64,000 nucleotides of DNA from Crocinitomicaceae bacterium (GCA_046304235.1 JBKCEW010000061.1:1927-65926), one strand, 5' to 3'. Counted from the first letter of the stretch, positions 51,463 through 61,571 are shown. Notes: generated from the sequence alone by a model not told the origin. Program-made: numbers and translations.

Positions 51463-52362
51463 CTAGAAATACAATCCTTTTAGATAACAGACATTATTCT
51501 GCCAATAGATGGTAGGGAAAGGGATTTTAATCGCATTAAAGGGTTTAATAAATGCTTTAAGTGTTTTGTTGTTAATATTTAATTGAGTTAAATCAATATC
51601 AAAAGAAAGTAAAAAACGACGTTGGGCGTTGTAAGTAACCCCATTAAAAATGGCCTTGTTTTCTGTACCATATAATTTTGCATCTATGCCATAACCTAAG
51701 GATAAACAGAACCACTTTGGTAAAGGTATTTTAGAAGAAAAATGGGCAGGTGCAAAAGAAAACCAATAAGTTTGACCGTTATAATCTTTTAAATAACGTT
51801 GTACGAAATTATCACCTAGCACTTGTGGTCGCAAGATGGCGTATTCCGTTGGATGGTAACTTTGCTTTAATAAAATTCGTTGCGAATCAAAATAATATTC
51901 TTGTGTAGCATAAGCAACTGCACCCAACGTATTCGCAATCATATCACCCCAAGAAAATCCCCATTCAACACTTTTACCATCTAATATTTCCAAGGTAGTC
52001 TGGTATCCAAAGGCAACTGCAGAACCAATAATTGCCGTAGGAACTTTTTTCATACCTGCCCAACGATTAAATAAGGCTACACTCTTACTAATATGATAGG
52101 CTGTATAAACATGCCCTAACTTATCCATTTGAAGCCATTCATCCCAATCATTAAAAGTGTGCAATTTAGTTGAAGGATAATCAGCATACCAAACATAATT
52201 CAAAGCCAAAATACTAGAAGTCCACGAGGTCATATATAATGCTGTAATCCCGAGTGATCTATTTTTATGTAAAGAATCTGCGTTTTTGAAAAAGGATTGA
52301 GAAAAGGAAAAATGAAACGTAAAAACAAGACCTAAAACCAATATGATTTTCTTCACTTGCAT
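51463..52362 (-). CDS. DUF2279-like secreted/outer-membrane-associated protein
   Basis: 299 aa with a signal peptide and the motif FNDWDEWLQMDKLGHVYTAYHIS. The family assignment is from memory of that motif only. Confidence 0.45.
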   Translation of the reverse strand: MQVKKIILVLGLVFTFHFSFSQSFFKNADSLHKNRSLGITALYMTSWTSSILALNYVWYADYPSTKLHTFNDWDEWLQMDKLGHVYTAYHISKSVALFNRWAGMKKVPTAIIGSAVAFGYQTTLEILDGKSVEWGFSWGDMIANTLGAVAYATQEYYFDSQRILLKQSYHPTEYAILRPQVLGDNFVQRYLKDYNGQTYWFSFAPAHFSSKIPLPKWFCLSLGYGIDAKLYGTENKAIFNGVTYNAQRRFLLSFDIDLTQLNINNKTLKAFIKPFNAIKIPFPTIYWQNNVCYLKGLYF

Positions 52363-52363
52363 A

Positions 52364-53647
52364 TCAAAATGTTCTTACGAAATTAATCAACAAGTCTTTG
52401 ATATCGTTGAATTTCGCAAAAGATAAATTTTCATAGGTATCAAATACATCATGGTAATTTTTGTTGGGTCCCATAGTGTATATAAAAAACGCAGGAACAT
52501 TCATTTTACTAAACCAATAATGATCTGAATTCGCTGCTTCACCTCGAGGTTTAATCAACGATAATCCTTTTTTCTCTTCATTGACTTTAACCAAACGATT
52601 AAATTCCTCCGTGTGTTTAGTCCCATTTACAACTGTAATTCCCTCTTCACCACTACCCATAATATCTAAATTCACCAAAAATTTAATATTCTTCAAATCT
52701 ATCCAAGGGTAACGGACAAAATATTCTGAACCTAAAAGCCCGACTTCTTCTCCAGCAAAAGCAATAATCATCACATTGTAATCCAAGGGATTTTCTTTGA
52801 AATACTTGGCTAATTCAAACAACATCGCCACACCGGAAGCATTGTCATTTGCCCCTGGAAAATAGGTTTGACTTCCCATTGCTCCTAAATGATCATAATG
52901 TGCAGTCAAAACGATGGTTTGTGCTTTTTCACGGTCTTTTTTCTTCTTTAATGCAGAAGGTACAAAACCAATTACATTCGAAGAAATCTGATTAATTAAA
53001 TATTTTGCTTTGATATCTGTAAAAATTTCAGCCGATGGTTTAAACTTATTTCCTTTCAAATAAATCAACCCATACCCTAATGGTTCACGACCCACTGAAA
53101 ATGTAAACTTTTCATCAGTTAACACTAACACATCAACTGCCTGTGCCAACATCGGAATGTAATCTAACTTTGCCTTTTTTAAAGAATCTCCTTTTAATCC
53201 TCTTATATCAACCACTACACTAAAAATCCCTTGTTTTTCTTTTTCTTTAGAAAATGCAAAACGATATTTTAACTGGTCATCAAATAATTCCGAGGTAGAT
53301 AACTGAACATAACGCCAATATCCTTTTACAGTTCCACAATTTGGGTCAACCATATAATCAACTCCTGGAACGAGTGTGTCTTGATTAATCATCAAAGTCA
53401 TTGCACCTGGAAAAGCAACCACAGGATTTTTAAATGACTGGAAATACGATTTTCCTGGATATGGATCAATAGTTAATTTCTTTAATTCATTCTCTAAAAA
53501 TCGAGCAGCAAGAGAATCGCCTTGTTTTACATATCCTCTACCAAAAAAAACTTTAGAGCAAAGGGCTTTTGAAATTTGTTTCCCATATTCTTGAGCAAAT
53601 GCTCCGAACGAAAAAAGAAAACAAAAAACAAGAAAAAAATTACGCAT
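52364..53647 (-). CDS. M28-family metallopeptidase (aminopeptidase)
   Basis: The start was moved to the ATG at 53647 (MRNFFLVFCFLFSFGAFAQ signal peptide). The Zn-ligand motifs are AHYDHLG, GANDNASG and FAGEEVGLLGS. Confidence 0.85.
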   Translation of the reverse strand: MRNFFLVFCFLFSFGAFAQEYGKQISKALCSKVFFGRGYVKQGDSLAARFLENELKKLTIDPYPGKSYFQSFKNPVVAFPGAMTLMINQDTLVPGVDYMVDPNCGTVKGYWRYVQLSTSELFDDQLKYRFAFSKEKEKQGIFSVVVDIRGLKGDSLKKAKLDYIPMLAQAVDVLVLTDEKFTFSVGREPLGYGLIYLKGNKFKPSAEIFTDIKAKYLINQISSNVIGFVPSALKKKKDREKAQTIVLTAHYDHLGAMGSQTYFPGANDNASGVAMLFELAKYFKENPLDYNVMIIAFAGEEVGLLGSEYFVRYPWIDLKNIKFLVNLDIMGSGEEGITVVNGTKHTEEFNRLVKVNEEKKGLSLIKPRGEAANSDHYWFSKMNVPAFFIYTMGPNKNYHDVFDTYENLSFAKFNDIKDLLINFVRTF

Positions 53648-54464
53648 ATCTTCTTGCGATCTTTTGTACAAATTCGGTAACTAATGTAGTCTCCAAATTC
53701 CAAGAAAATTCCTCTTTGAATTTATTTAAAACATCTTTTGCCTGAGAAAAGTTATCTAATGTGTCAAATAGTTGAACTGCTTGGTAAAACGATTCACTAG
53801 AACCATTGAAAAGTTCGTGTGTCATTTGTAGTTTTTCATTCAAACCGAAAGCACCAGTCAATGAATCTAATTTCTTTGCCATTAATTGAGATCCTAACGA
53901 ATTATCAGAAACTTCTAACATTTTATCAAAAGCATCTTTTTGTCCTTGAGAAGCCACATTCACAGGTTCTGATGAATTAACAACTTCTACAACAGGTTCA
54001 ACAACTGCAATCTCTTCTTTTATTTCCGCAGTGATAGGTTCAACAACAGTTTCAGTCATTTGAACATTTTCTGGAATAATTACTTCTTCATTAGTATCTT
54101 CCAATGGTTTACTTTCAGATTCTAATTCGTCAAACAATGAAAAAGACATATCAAAAGTTGGCTGTTCAAATTCTTTAACGGTTATATTTTCTTGTTTATC
54201 GATTGTTTCTGAAATAATTTCAGGAACATTTTCAATTGGAGTTACTATCGCTTCTTCTAATGGAACTAGAATATGTGGCTCTAGGTTTTTGATAACACTT
54301 TTTTCGTATGCTTTGTGTCTCAATACAATCGCTCTTTCGTATAGTTCACGAGTTTGATTGACAAGTGTTTCCAATTCATTTACTGATAATTCACCTTTGT
54401 TTAAAGAATGAAATAATGAATTTACTGATTCTAACAACGAATCTTTTGTATCAAATGAAGACAT
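53640..54464 (-). CDS. Hypothetical acidic protein (E/V/T-rich central region)
   Basis: 274-aa ORF that overlaps the downstream M28 start by 8 nt. I recognised no family. Confidence 0.45.
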   Translation of the reverse strand: MSSFDTKDSLLESVNSLFHSLNKGELSVNELETLVNQTRELYERAIVLRHKAYEKSVIKNLEPHILVPLEEAIVTPIENVPEIISETIDKQENITVKEFEQPTFDMSFSLFDELESESKPLEDTNEEVIIPENVQMTETVVEPITAEIKEEIAVVEPVVEVVNSSEPVNVASQGQKDAFDKMLEVSDNSLGSQLMAKKLDSLTGAFGLNEKLQMTHELFNGSSESFYQAVQLFDTLDNFSQAKDVLNKFKEEFSWNLETTLVTEFVQKIARRYA

Positions 54465-54527
54465 ACCTACAGAATTTATGGTTGTAAAATTAAAAACTTT
54501 TTAGACATCGTTTGGGGTGTAAGCGGT

Positions 54528-55652
54528 TTATTTCTTACTTAAAAATCCCCAATAGGTCGAGCGATTGAGAGCAAATTGTCCTGCTTCTGGATAGTATTTT
54601 TTGAAACTCAACGGAAATTTAGGTTTACCTCGTTTGTCCCATATGGATTTGTAAGCCATAATCTGCCCAGCTTTCTCTTCAATAAAGTCCATCTGCAAAC
54701 GGGTATGGGTTCTCCAAAAATAGTAGTTGCTTGTGTTTGCATTAAAATCATTCCACTTTATACGCTCCGCAATCAACCAGTTTTTCCAAAGGGCATCGAC
54801 ATCGTTTCGTAAGTCCAACGGATGGAAATTCTTAATAATCGCATTACGGAAACCGTTGTCCATAAAATATACTATGTGCGTCTTTTTCAATTCGTAACGA
54901 TGGTAATTAAAATAAGAAGGTATTTTTTTAAGGATAAAGGCTTTTTCCAATAAATCGATATAACGTTCCACCGTTTCATTGTCTAACCCAACTCGAAATC
55001 CTAAATCGTGATATGAAATCGGTTCTCCCAAATCAAATGCTAAACATTGCAATAACTTCATCAATTTTGCACCTTTGTTGATACGTTCTTTCGGATTTAG
55101 ATGAGTAAAAACGGCTTCTTTCACCAACCCAATCAAATATTTATCAGCGTTTTCTGGATTTGCTAATACTTCCGGGAAATTTCCGAAAATCAGACGTTCT
55201 TCCAAGCGTTTATCAAATTCTACTACCCCCATTTGGTTAGCCATCTCCTGAAACATCAAGGGATAAATACGCATTTCCAACCCTTCCGTTCGCAACACAT
55301 CACGAAACATTTTATCAATGACAGGTTCATACGAGCAACACAATACCAAATGCATTTCATATCGGTTGTAGATCACCTCTTCGATCAGCTCTTGTAAGCG
55401 GGTAAAAAACTGCGCTTCTTTGAAAAGCACGTACTTTTTTCCTTCAAAAACTTTGATAAAATCGCCTTTTTGGATATTTTCTAATTTTTTGATGATTTTC
55501 TTTTTCGACCCGTCTAAATGGAGAATCTGTTCTTTGTCTTCAATGACACTTTCTACCAACAACTCGGATTGCACTCCTCGCATTCCCAATAACAACAATA
55601 AAGGATTGTTGCTTAAATGTTCTTGTATTTTGGGAGCGATGTAACGTTGCAT
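54528..55652 (-). CDS. DUF4143-domain protein of the AAA-ATPase (COG1373-like) family with degenerate Walker motifs
   Basis: 374 aa with the family architecture: an N-terminal P-loop-like region and a C-terminal DUF4143 (KTHIVYFMDNGFRN, QMDFIEE). The P-loop position reads GMRGVQSE and the Walker B position reads VLFKEAQ. Confidence 0.6.
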   Translation of the reverse strand: MQRYIAPKIQEHLSNNPLLLLLGMRGVQSELLVESVIEDKEQILHLDGSKKKIIKKLENIQKGDFIKVFEGKKYVLFKEAQFFTRLQELIEEVIYNRYEMHLVLCCSYEPVIDKMFRDVLRTEGLEMRIYPLMFQEMANQMGVVEFDKRLEERLIFGNFPEVLANPENADKYLIGLVKEAVFTHLNPKERINKGAKLMKLLQCLAFDLGEPISYHDLGFRVGLDNETVERYIDLLEKAFILKKIPSYFNYHRYELKKTHIVYFMDNGFRNAIIKNFHPLDLRNDVDALWKNWLIAERIKWNDFNANTSNYYFWRTHTRLQMDFIEEKAGQIMAYKSIWDKRGKPKFPLSFKKYYPEAGQFALNRSTYWGFLSKK

Positions 55653-55795
55653 AGAAAAATGTTTAATTCTGCGAAATTAAGGAAAGTTTGAGGTTTTCCA
55701 AACAGTCTTCGGTAGGCTCTGACTTACAAGGAAATCAAAACTATTTAAAAAAGAATGTAAAGATCACCTCCACTGCCCCTCCTCAAGGAGGGAAA

Positions 55796-57064
55796 CTAAA
55801 AAACAGATACTTTTTCGAAGAACGAAAGGTAGCGTTTGGAGTTCATAAATTTGTTGCCACCGTAACAATACACTCTGTAAAAGTGGTCGTTATAGAGGAA
55901 AATACGCATCCAACACATTCCTACTCCATATTGTTGTGAAATACCTTCGTAAGCAATGGTTCCGTCTTTGAGTTTAACTCGTTTAATTACTGCTTTTTCT
56001 GGAGCATTAAAGACACTTTCTACGTAACGTTCCAAGGAGAAATTTTTATAAGAAGGCTCTATTTCAATTTTATAGGTATTCCCTTGTCCCATTTCTTGAT
56101 ATACGACTGCCGTGTGTTCTCCATCACGAATAACTAACGGTTTCCCTCCAAATTCGGCCTTAAAATGTAATTGCTCGTTTCGGTAAATAAAATGGTTATT
56201 TTGCTGAAAGGTTCCAATAATTTCAGCCGGTTGTCCTGTAAAAGTGGCTGCAACTTGTCTTACTTTATAGCCTCTGTCTCGCAAAAGTTGAATCAATCCA
56301 TCTTTTCCTGATAAATGTGCAGCACCCACCGCCATAAAAACTCCGTATTGTTTGGAAAGTGTGTCAAAGCCATCCATCATCACATAATTACGCTCATTTA
56401 TCAGCCATTGATATCCATCTTTTATATTTTTCAATTGATTTTCAACAGATTTACGCAATCTTTCGATATCTCCTTCTTGATAGGCTTTGATGAGCATTTC
56501 TTCTGTAACTTGCTCAGTTGGTGTGCTAATTCCAGGAAAAGTAGATTTATTTAACATCTCATAAGCAGCCAATTGATCGTCCACACTTTCCAGAGTAAAA
56601 CATTTCTTACCTGAATTGTAAGCATATAATTGTAAGGATAAATCCAAAAATTGCGGTCGTCCATCTTCGTTTCCGTATCGTGTTTTGGATGCTCTTCTGT
56701 TTGTCGTCGTTGGATTTCCGGCAGCATCAAAAGTTAATTCTGCGGATTTAATTCGGGTATCCACCGAAGAAAACATACTGTATAAATCGGCTTCAATGAC
56801 TACCGCTTCTGATTTATATAATGATGTATAAGTGCTATCTGTAAAATGAAAAACACGTGGATCATTCGAATGATACGTTCCAAAAATGTAGCACGGCTTT
56901 TTTATCCCTTTTCCTGTAACCCTCCACAACAATTGATGGTTCGAATTAGAAACATTTTGCTGAGAATGAATAATAAAAGATTGTAAAATAACAAAAAAGC
57001 TAAGCCCAAGTAAGGACTTTCCTTTTCGTAAGTTGTGTTCTATATGCTTAAAAGTAAGTACCAA
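55796..57064 (-). CDS. TraB/GumN-family protein
   Basis: 422 aa, with a signal peptide followed by LLWRVTGKGIKKPCYIFGTYHSND and a later AVGAAHLSG motif. The track start is TTG, 8 nt after the polA stop, so the start is uncertain. Confidence 0.7.
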   Translation of the reverse strand: MVLTFKHIEHNLRKGKSLLGLSFFVILQSFIIHSQQNVSNSNHQLLWRVTGKGIKKPCYIFGTYHSNDPRVFHFTDSTYTSLYKSEAVVIEADLYSMFSSVDTRIKSAELTFDAAGNPTTTNRRASKTRYGNEDGRPQFLDLSLQLYAYNSGKKCFTLESVDDQLAAYEMLNKSTFPGISTPTEQVTEEMLIKAYQEGDIERLRKSVENQLKNIKDGYQWLINERNYVMMDGFDTLSKQYGVFMAVGAAHLSGKDGLIQLLRDRGYKVRQVAATFTGQPAEIIGTFQQNNHFIYRNEQLHFKAEFGGKPLVIRDGEHTAVVYQEMGQGNTYKIEIEPSYKNFSLERYVESVFNAPEKAVIKRVKLKDGTIAYEGISQQYGVGMCWMRIFLYNDHFYRVYCYGGNKFMNSKRYLSFFEKVSVF

Positions 57065-57071
57065 TCAATTC

Positions 57072-59873
57072 TTAATGAGCATCTAACCAATTATCAGCGA
57101 TTTTCATCTCCACCTCCATCGGTACCACCAAATGTATGGCATTTTCCATTGCGTTGCGCACTAATTCTTGCATTATTTCGTGTTCGCTGTGATGCACGTC
57201 AAACACCAATTCATCGTGTACTTGCAATAGCAACTTTGATTGAACACCTTGTTCTTGCATCGCTTTATCAACTGCAATCATTGCCAACTTGATAATGTCT
57301 GCCGCAGAACCTTGTATCGGCGCATTAACCGCATTTCGTTCAGCGTATCCTCTTACAATCGCATTTGCAGAATTGATGTCTGGTAAATATCTTCTGCGTT
57401 TACGAATGGTTTCAACATAACCTAATTCTCTTGCCTCGCTCACCATTTTATCCATAAAAGACTTAATCGTAGCGTATTGTGCAAAGTAACTATCAATAAT
57501 CGATTTTGCTTCGATACGAGAAATACCTAAATTCTGTGCTAATCCAAAAGCCGATTGACCATATAAAATTCCAAAGTTCACTGCTTTCGCTGCGCTTCGT
57601 TGGTCTTTCGTTACCTCATCCATCGGTACTTGAAACACTTTTGCAGCAGTTGCCGTGTGAATATCGTGTCTTTGCTGAAACGCTTCAATCATCGCTGGGT
57701 CTTCACTCAATGCTGCGATGATACGCAACTCAATTTGTGAGTAATCCGCCGACATTATTTTGAAATCTGCGTTGCGGGCAATAAAGTTTTTTCGAATTTC
57801 TTTTCCTTTCTGCGTACGAATTGGAATGTTTTGCAAATTCGGATTATTCGAACTCAAACGACCTGTAGCAGCCACAGTTTGCATGTAATTTGTATGCACT
57901 CTTCCGTCTTTAACATCACGCAACGTTGGAAGCGGGTCCACGTAGGTACCTTTTAATTTTTTATTTTGTCTGTATTCCAAAATCTTACCAATAATCGGGT
58001 GGTCATTTCGGAATTGCTCCAAGGCATCCTCCGAGGTTTGATATTGCCCAGTTTTGGTTTTTTTCGCTTTGGAACTGATTTTCATTTTATCAAACAATAC
58101 CTCTCCTAATTGTTTCGGAGAATCAAGATTGAAATCGGCATCTGCAATTTCTTTTATCTCTTTTTCAAGTTTTACGCTTTCTTCTTCTAAAACAATGGAA
58201 TACTTTTGCAATCCTTCTACATCAATATTAACCCCTTCTTTTTCCATACGTTGCAACACGCGAACCAAAGGCATTTCCATTTCGTAGAAAAGTTCCTTTA
58301 AATGGTCTTTTTGGATTTGTGGTTCCAAAATTGCTTTCAATTGCATCGTAATATCTGCATCTTCACACGCATAATCAGAAACCTCACGCGGTTCTAAATC
58401 ACGCATATTTCCTTGATTTTTTCCTTTTTTACCGATTAACGTTTCGATGGAAATCGGTTGGTATTGCAAATAATATTCTGCCAAGAAATCCATACTTTGT
58501 TTGGATTCGGGCTGAATTAAATAATGAGCAATCATCGTATCAAAAAGCGGACCTTTCACGACAACATTATAATTCGCAAGTACGTGCAAATCATATTTGA
58601 TATTATGACCTACTTTTTCGATACTTTCGTTTTCAAAAAAAGGTAAAAACGCATCTACAATTTTTTGTGCATCTGCTTGTTCGTTTGGTACAGCGACATA
58701 AAACGCTTCACGAGATTTAAACGAAAAAGACATTCCCACTAATTCAGCATTCAACGCATCTTTATTGGTAGTTTCTGTATCAAAACACACGCTTTTTTGT
58801 TGTAACAACAAGGCTAACAATTCTGCACGTTCCTCTTCTGACGTGATTAAATGGTAGTTGGGTTTTTCCGTTACAATCGTTTTTAATTCAGCCGTAGGAA
58901 GCGGTTCTTGAATTTCTAATAAACTCTGCGTTCCAAACAAATCAAATTGTCCTGCTTCATTCACAAGGGCTGTTACCGAAATTTCTTCTCCTGTGATACG
59001 TTTTGCTAAGGTTCTAAATTCTAATTCAGTGAAAACCTCCTTGATTTTTTCGTTATCCGGTTCTTCTAATACTAAATCTAACGGGTCGAAAGGCACATCT
59101 ACATCTAAAATAATCGTAGCCAACTTTTTAGAAAGCAATCCTTGTTCTGCAAAATTGATTACATTTTCCTTTTGCTTGCCCTTCAATTCATTCGCATTGG
59201 CAATTAAATTCTCCACAGAACCGTATTCTTGCACTAATTTTTTCGCTGTTTTTTCGCCAATTCCAGGGATTCCAGGGATATTATCCGAAGCATCTCCCCA
59301 TAATCCAAGGATATCAATCACTTTCAAGGGATGGTCCACCTCAAATTTCTCACATACCTCTTTTACACCCAAAATAGATGCAGGGTCTCCTCCTCTACCC
59401 GGCTTGTAAATGAAAATTTTATCCGACACCAACTGACCAAAATCCTTATCCGGCGTCATCATATACGTATAAAATCCTTCTTCTTCCGCAATTTTCGCCA
59501 TCGTACCTATAATATCATCTGCTTCAAAACCAGATTTCAATAAAATCGGAATATTAAATGCTTCGATGATTTTTTTAATAGGGTCTATCATCGAACGAAT
59601 GTCTTCCGGCATTTCCTCTCGGTGCGCTTTGTAATCCGCAAATTCTTCTTGTCGGTTCGTAGCACCACCAGGCGCATCAAATACCACCGCCATATGTGTA
59701 GGTTTCTCTTTTTTGATTACGTCAATCAATACATTCGTAAAACCGAAAGCCGCCGAGGTATTTTGTCCTTTTGAATTCACACGTGGATTTTTAGCAAAGG
59801 CAAAATAGGCTCTGTATATCAATGCAAAAGCATCAAGTAAGAATAATTTTTTATCGTGAACAGGAGTTAACAT
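57072..59873 (-). CDS. polA: DNA polymerase I
   Basis: 933 aa, comprising a 5'-3' exonuclease (LFLLDAFALIYRAYFA), a 3'-5' exonuclease domain, and polymerase motifs (DYSQIELR, RSAAKAVNFGILYG, QVHDE). Confidence 0.97.
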   Translation of the reverse strand: MLTPVHDKKLFLLDAFALIYRAYFAFAKNPRVNSKGQNTSAAFGFTNVLIDVIKKEKPTHMAVVFDAPGGATNRQEEFADYKAHREEMPEDIRSMIDPIKKIIEAFNIPILLKSGFEADDIIGTMAKIAEEEGFYTYMMTPDKDFGQLVSDKIFIYKPGRGGDPASILGVKEVCEKFEVDHPLKVIDILGLWGDASDNIPGIPGIGEKTAKKLVQEYGSVENLIANANELKGKQKENVINFAEQGLLSKKLATIILDVDVPFDPLDLVLEEPDNEKIKEVFTELEFRTLAKRITGEEISVTALVNEAGQFDLFGTQSLLEIQEPLPTAELKTIVTEKPNYHLITSEEERAELLALLLQQKSVCFDTETTNKDALNAELVGMSFSFKSREAFYVAVPNEQADAQKIVDAFLPFFENESIEKVGHNIKYDLHVLANYNVVVKGPLFDTMIAHYLIQPESKQSMDFLAEYYLQYQPISIETLIGKKGKNQGNMRDLEPREVSDYACEDADITMQLKAILEPQIQKDHLKELFYEMEMPLVRVLQRMEKEGVNIDVEGLQKYSIVLEEESVKLEKEIKEIADADFNLDSPKQLGEVLFDKMKISSKAKKTKTGQYQTSEDALEQFRNDHPIIGKILEYRQNKKLKGTYVDPLPTLRDVKDGRVHTNYMQTVAATGRLSSNNPNLQNIPIRTQKGKEIRKNFIARNADFKIMSADYSQIELRIIAALSEDPAMIEAFQQRHDIHTATAAKVFQVPMDEVTKDQRSAAKAVNFGILYGQSAFGLAQNLGISRIEAKSIIDSYFAQYATIKSFMDKMVSEARELGYVETIRKRRRYLPDINSANAIVRGYAERNAVNAPIQGSAADIIKLAMIAVDKAMQEQGVQSKLLLQVHDELVFDVHHSEHEIMQELVRNAMENAIHLVVPMEVEMKIADNWLDAH

Positions 59874-59921
59874 TTTTTTTAGTTATGAGTTATGATTTAT
59901 AGATTATGGGTTGATTTTAAC

Positions 59922-59960
59922 TTTCCCCGTACCCTTCGAGAACCTCAGGGTACGGGGAAA
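59922..59960 (-). terminator. GC-rich hairpin (14-bp stem) downstream of cysS whose loop is a diverged copy of the REP-like 13-mer
   Basis: tttccccgtaccct / agggtacggggaaa enclose tcgagaacctc. Including the closing T:A pair, the 13-mer reads TTCGAGAACCTCA, versus TTCGACAAGCTCA in the suf-operon copies. No canonical U-tract follows. Confidence 0.55.
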
Positions 59961-59965
59961 TATCA

Positions 59966-61432
59966 TTACTTCCAACTAGTGCCTTCTTTTCCGTCTTTGA
60001 TAACAATTCCAACGGCTGCTAATCCATCACGGATTTGGTCAGAAGTCGTCCAATCTTTGTTTGTGCGTGCTTGTTGGCGAAGATTTAAAACCAATTCCAT
60101 TACACCGTCTAATTTGCTATCATCTTGTTCGGTAGTCATAGCCAATCCTAGTACATCACTCACAAAACTGTACATTTCAGTTGATAAAAGTGATAAATCA
60201 TCCGCTGTAATAGTAGCATTTCCGTCCGAAATAGAATTGATATATTTCACACTTTCAAATAATTGTGCTAACAACATCGGTGCATTAAAATCATCATTCA
60301 TCGCAGTATAAAAACTATCCACTAATGCTTTTACATCGGTAGAAGAACTTGTTGCTGTTGGCAATTTTTCCAATTTCGAAAGTGCTTCTGAAAGTCTTAC
60401 GAACCCTTTTTCAGCGGCATTTAATGAATCTGTTGATAAGTCAAGTGTGCTTCTATAATGTGCTTGCATCATACAAAAACGCAACACATTTGCAGGATAG
60501 GGCTTTTCAAAAACATTGGTAGTTCCTTCAATAATCTCTTTCGGTAAGAAATAGTTGTTGAAAGACTTACTCATTTTCTGCCCATTAACATTCAACATAT
60601 TTGCGTGCATCCAATATTTAGCAGGATTACAACCTAACGCACCACAGTTTTGAGCAATTTCATCTTCGTGATGAGGAAATTTCAAATCCATTCCTCCTCC
60701 ATGAATATCAAAATGATTTCCTAAATATTTTGTACTCATTGCCGTACACTCAATGTGCCAACCTGGATTTCCATCACCCCATGGTGAACGCCAAATTTGC
60801 ATATCTTCCGGATTTGCCTTTTTCCACAAAGCGAAATCTGCAAAGAAACGTTTTTCGTCTTGTGCATTTAAGGTTCTTGTTTCCTCGGCTAACTCATCTA
60901 TTTTGCGTCCACTCAAAATTCCGTATTCGAACTTCTCACTATAAGCACGCACATCAAAATAAACCGATCCGTTTACAACATACGCCAATCCATTGTCAAT
61001 GATTTTCTCAATGATTTCAATTTGCTCTTGAATATGTCCTGTTGCCGTTGGCTCAATACTTGGCGGCAACATATTATAAATACGTTGTAATTCTTGAAAT
61101 TTGACATTGTATTTATAGACAATTTCTAAGGATTGTACTTGTTCCAATTTCGCTACTTTTCCTATGCTATCCACATCTTCCCCAGCACTGTTGGTTATAT
61201 GACCTGCATCGGTGATATTTCGAACATATTTCACTTGGAAACCTAATTTCAATAAGTATCTGTAAATCAAATCAAAATTGATGAATGTACGCATATTCCC
61301 CATGTGAGGTTCACTATAAAGTGTTGGTCCACAGACATACATCCCTACTTTATCCTGGTTTATAGGCTCAAACTTTTCTTTTTGACCACTTAAACTATTG
61401 TAAATATGTAAATTGTTCGAAATTGTATTCAT
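59966..61432 (-). CDS. cysS: Cysteine--tRNA ligase
   Basis: 488 aa, with the class I motifs HMGNMRT (HIGH region) and KMSKS. Confidence 0.95.
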   Translation of the reverse strand: MNTISNNLHIYNSLSGQKEKFEPINQDKVGMYVCGPTLYSEPHMGNMRTFINFDLIYRYLLKLGFQVKYVRNITDAGHITNSAGEDVDSIGKVAKLEQVQSLEIVYKYNVKFQELQRIYNMLPPSIEPTATGHIQEQIEIIEKIIDNGLAYVVNGSVYFDVRAYSEKFEYGILSGRKIDELAEETRTLNAQDEKRFFADFALWKKANPEDMQIWRSPWGDGNPGWHIECTAMSTKYLGNHFDIHGGGMDLKFPHHEDEIAQNCGALGCNPAKYWMHANMLNVNGQKMSKSFNNYFLPKEIIEGTTNVFEKPYPANVLRFCMMQAHYRSTLDLSTDSLNAAEKGFVRLSEALSKLEKLPTATSSSTDVKALVDSFYTAMNDDFNAPMLLAQLFESVKYINSISDGNATITADDLSLLSTEMYSFVSDVLGLAMTTEQDDSKLDGVMELVLNLRQQARTNKDWTTSDQIRDGLAAVGIVIKDGKEGTSWK

Positions 61433-61571
61433 AATTTATTACCTTAGAGCAACAAAGATAGTAAAGAGGACTATTTTTAGATGCAATATAAAAGTATAAT
61501 GAAACTTTCTGAATTGAAATAACGTATTTTGTATTTCAATTCTCTATGTTTATTTAACCAAAAGATTTAAA

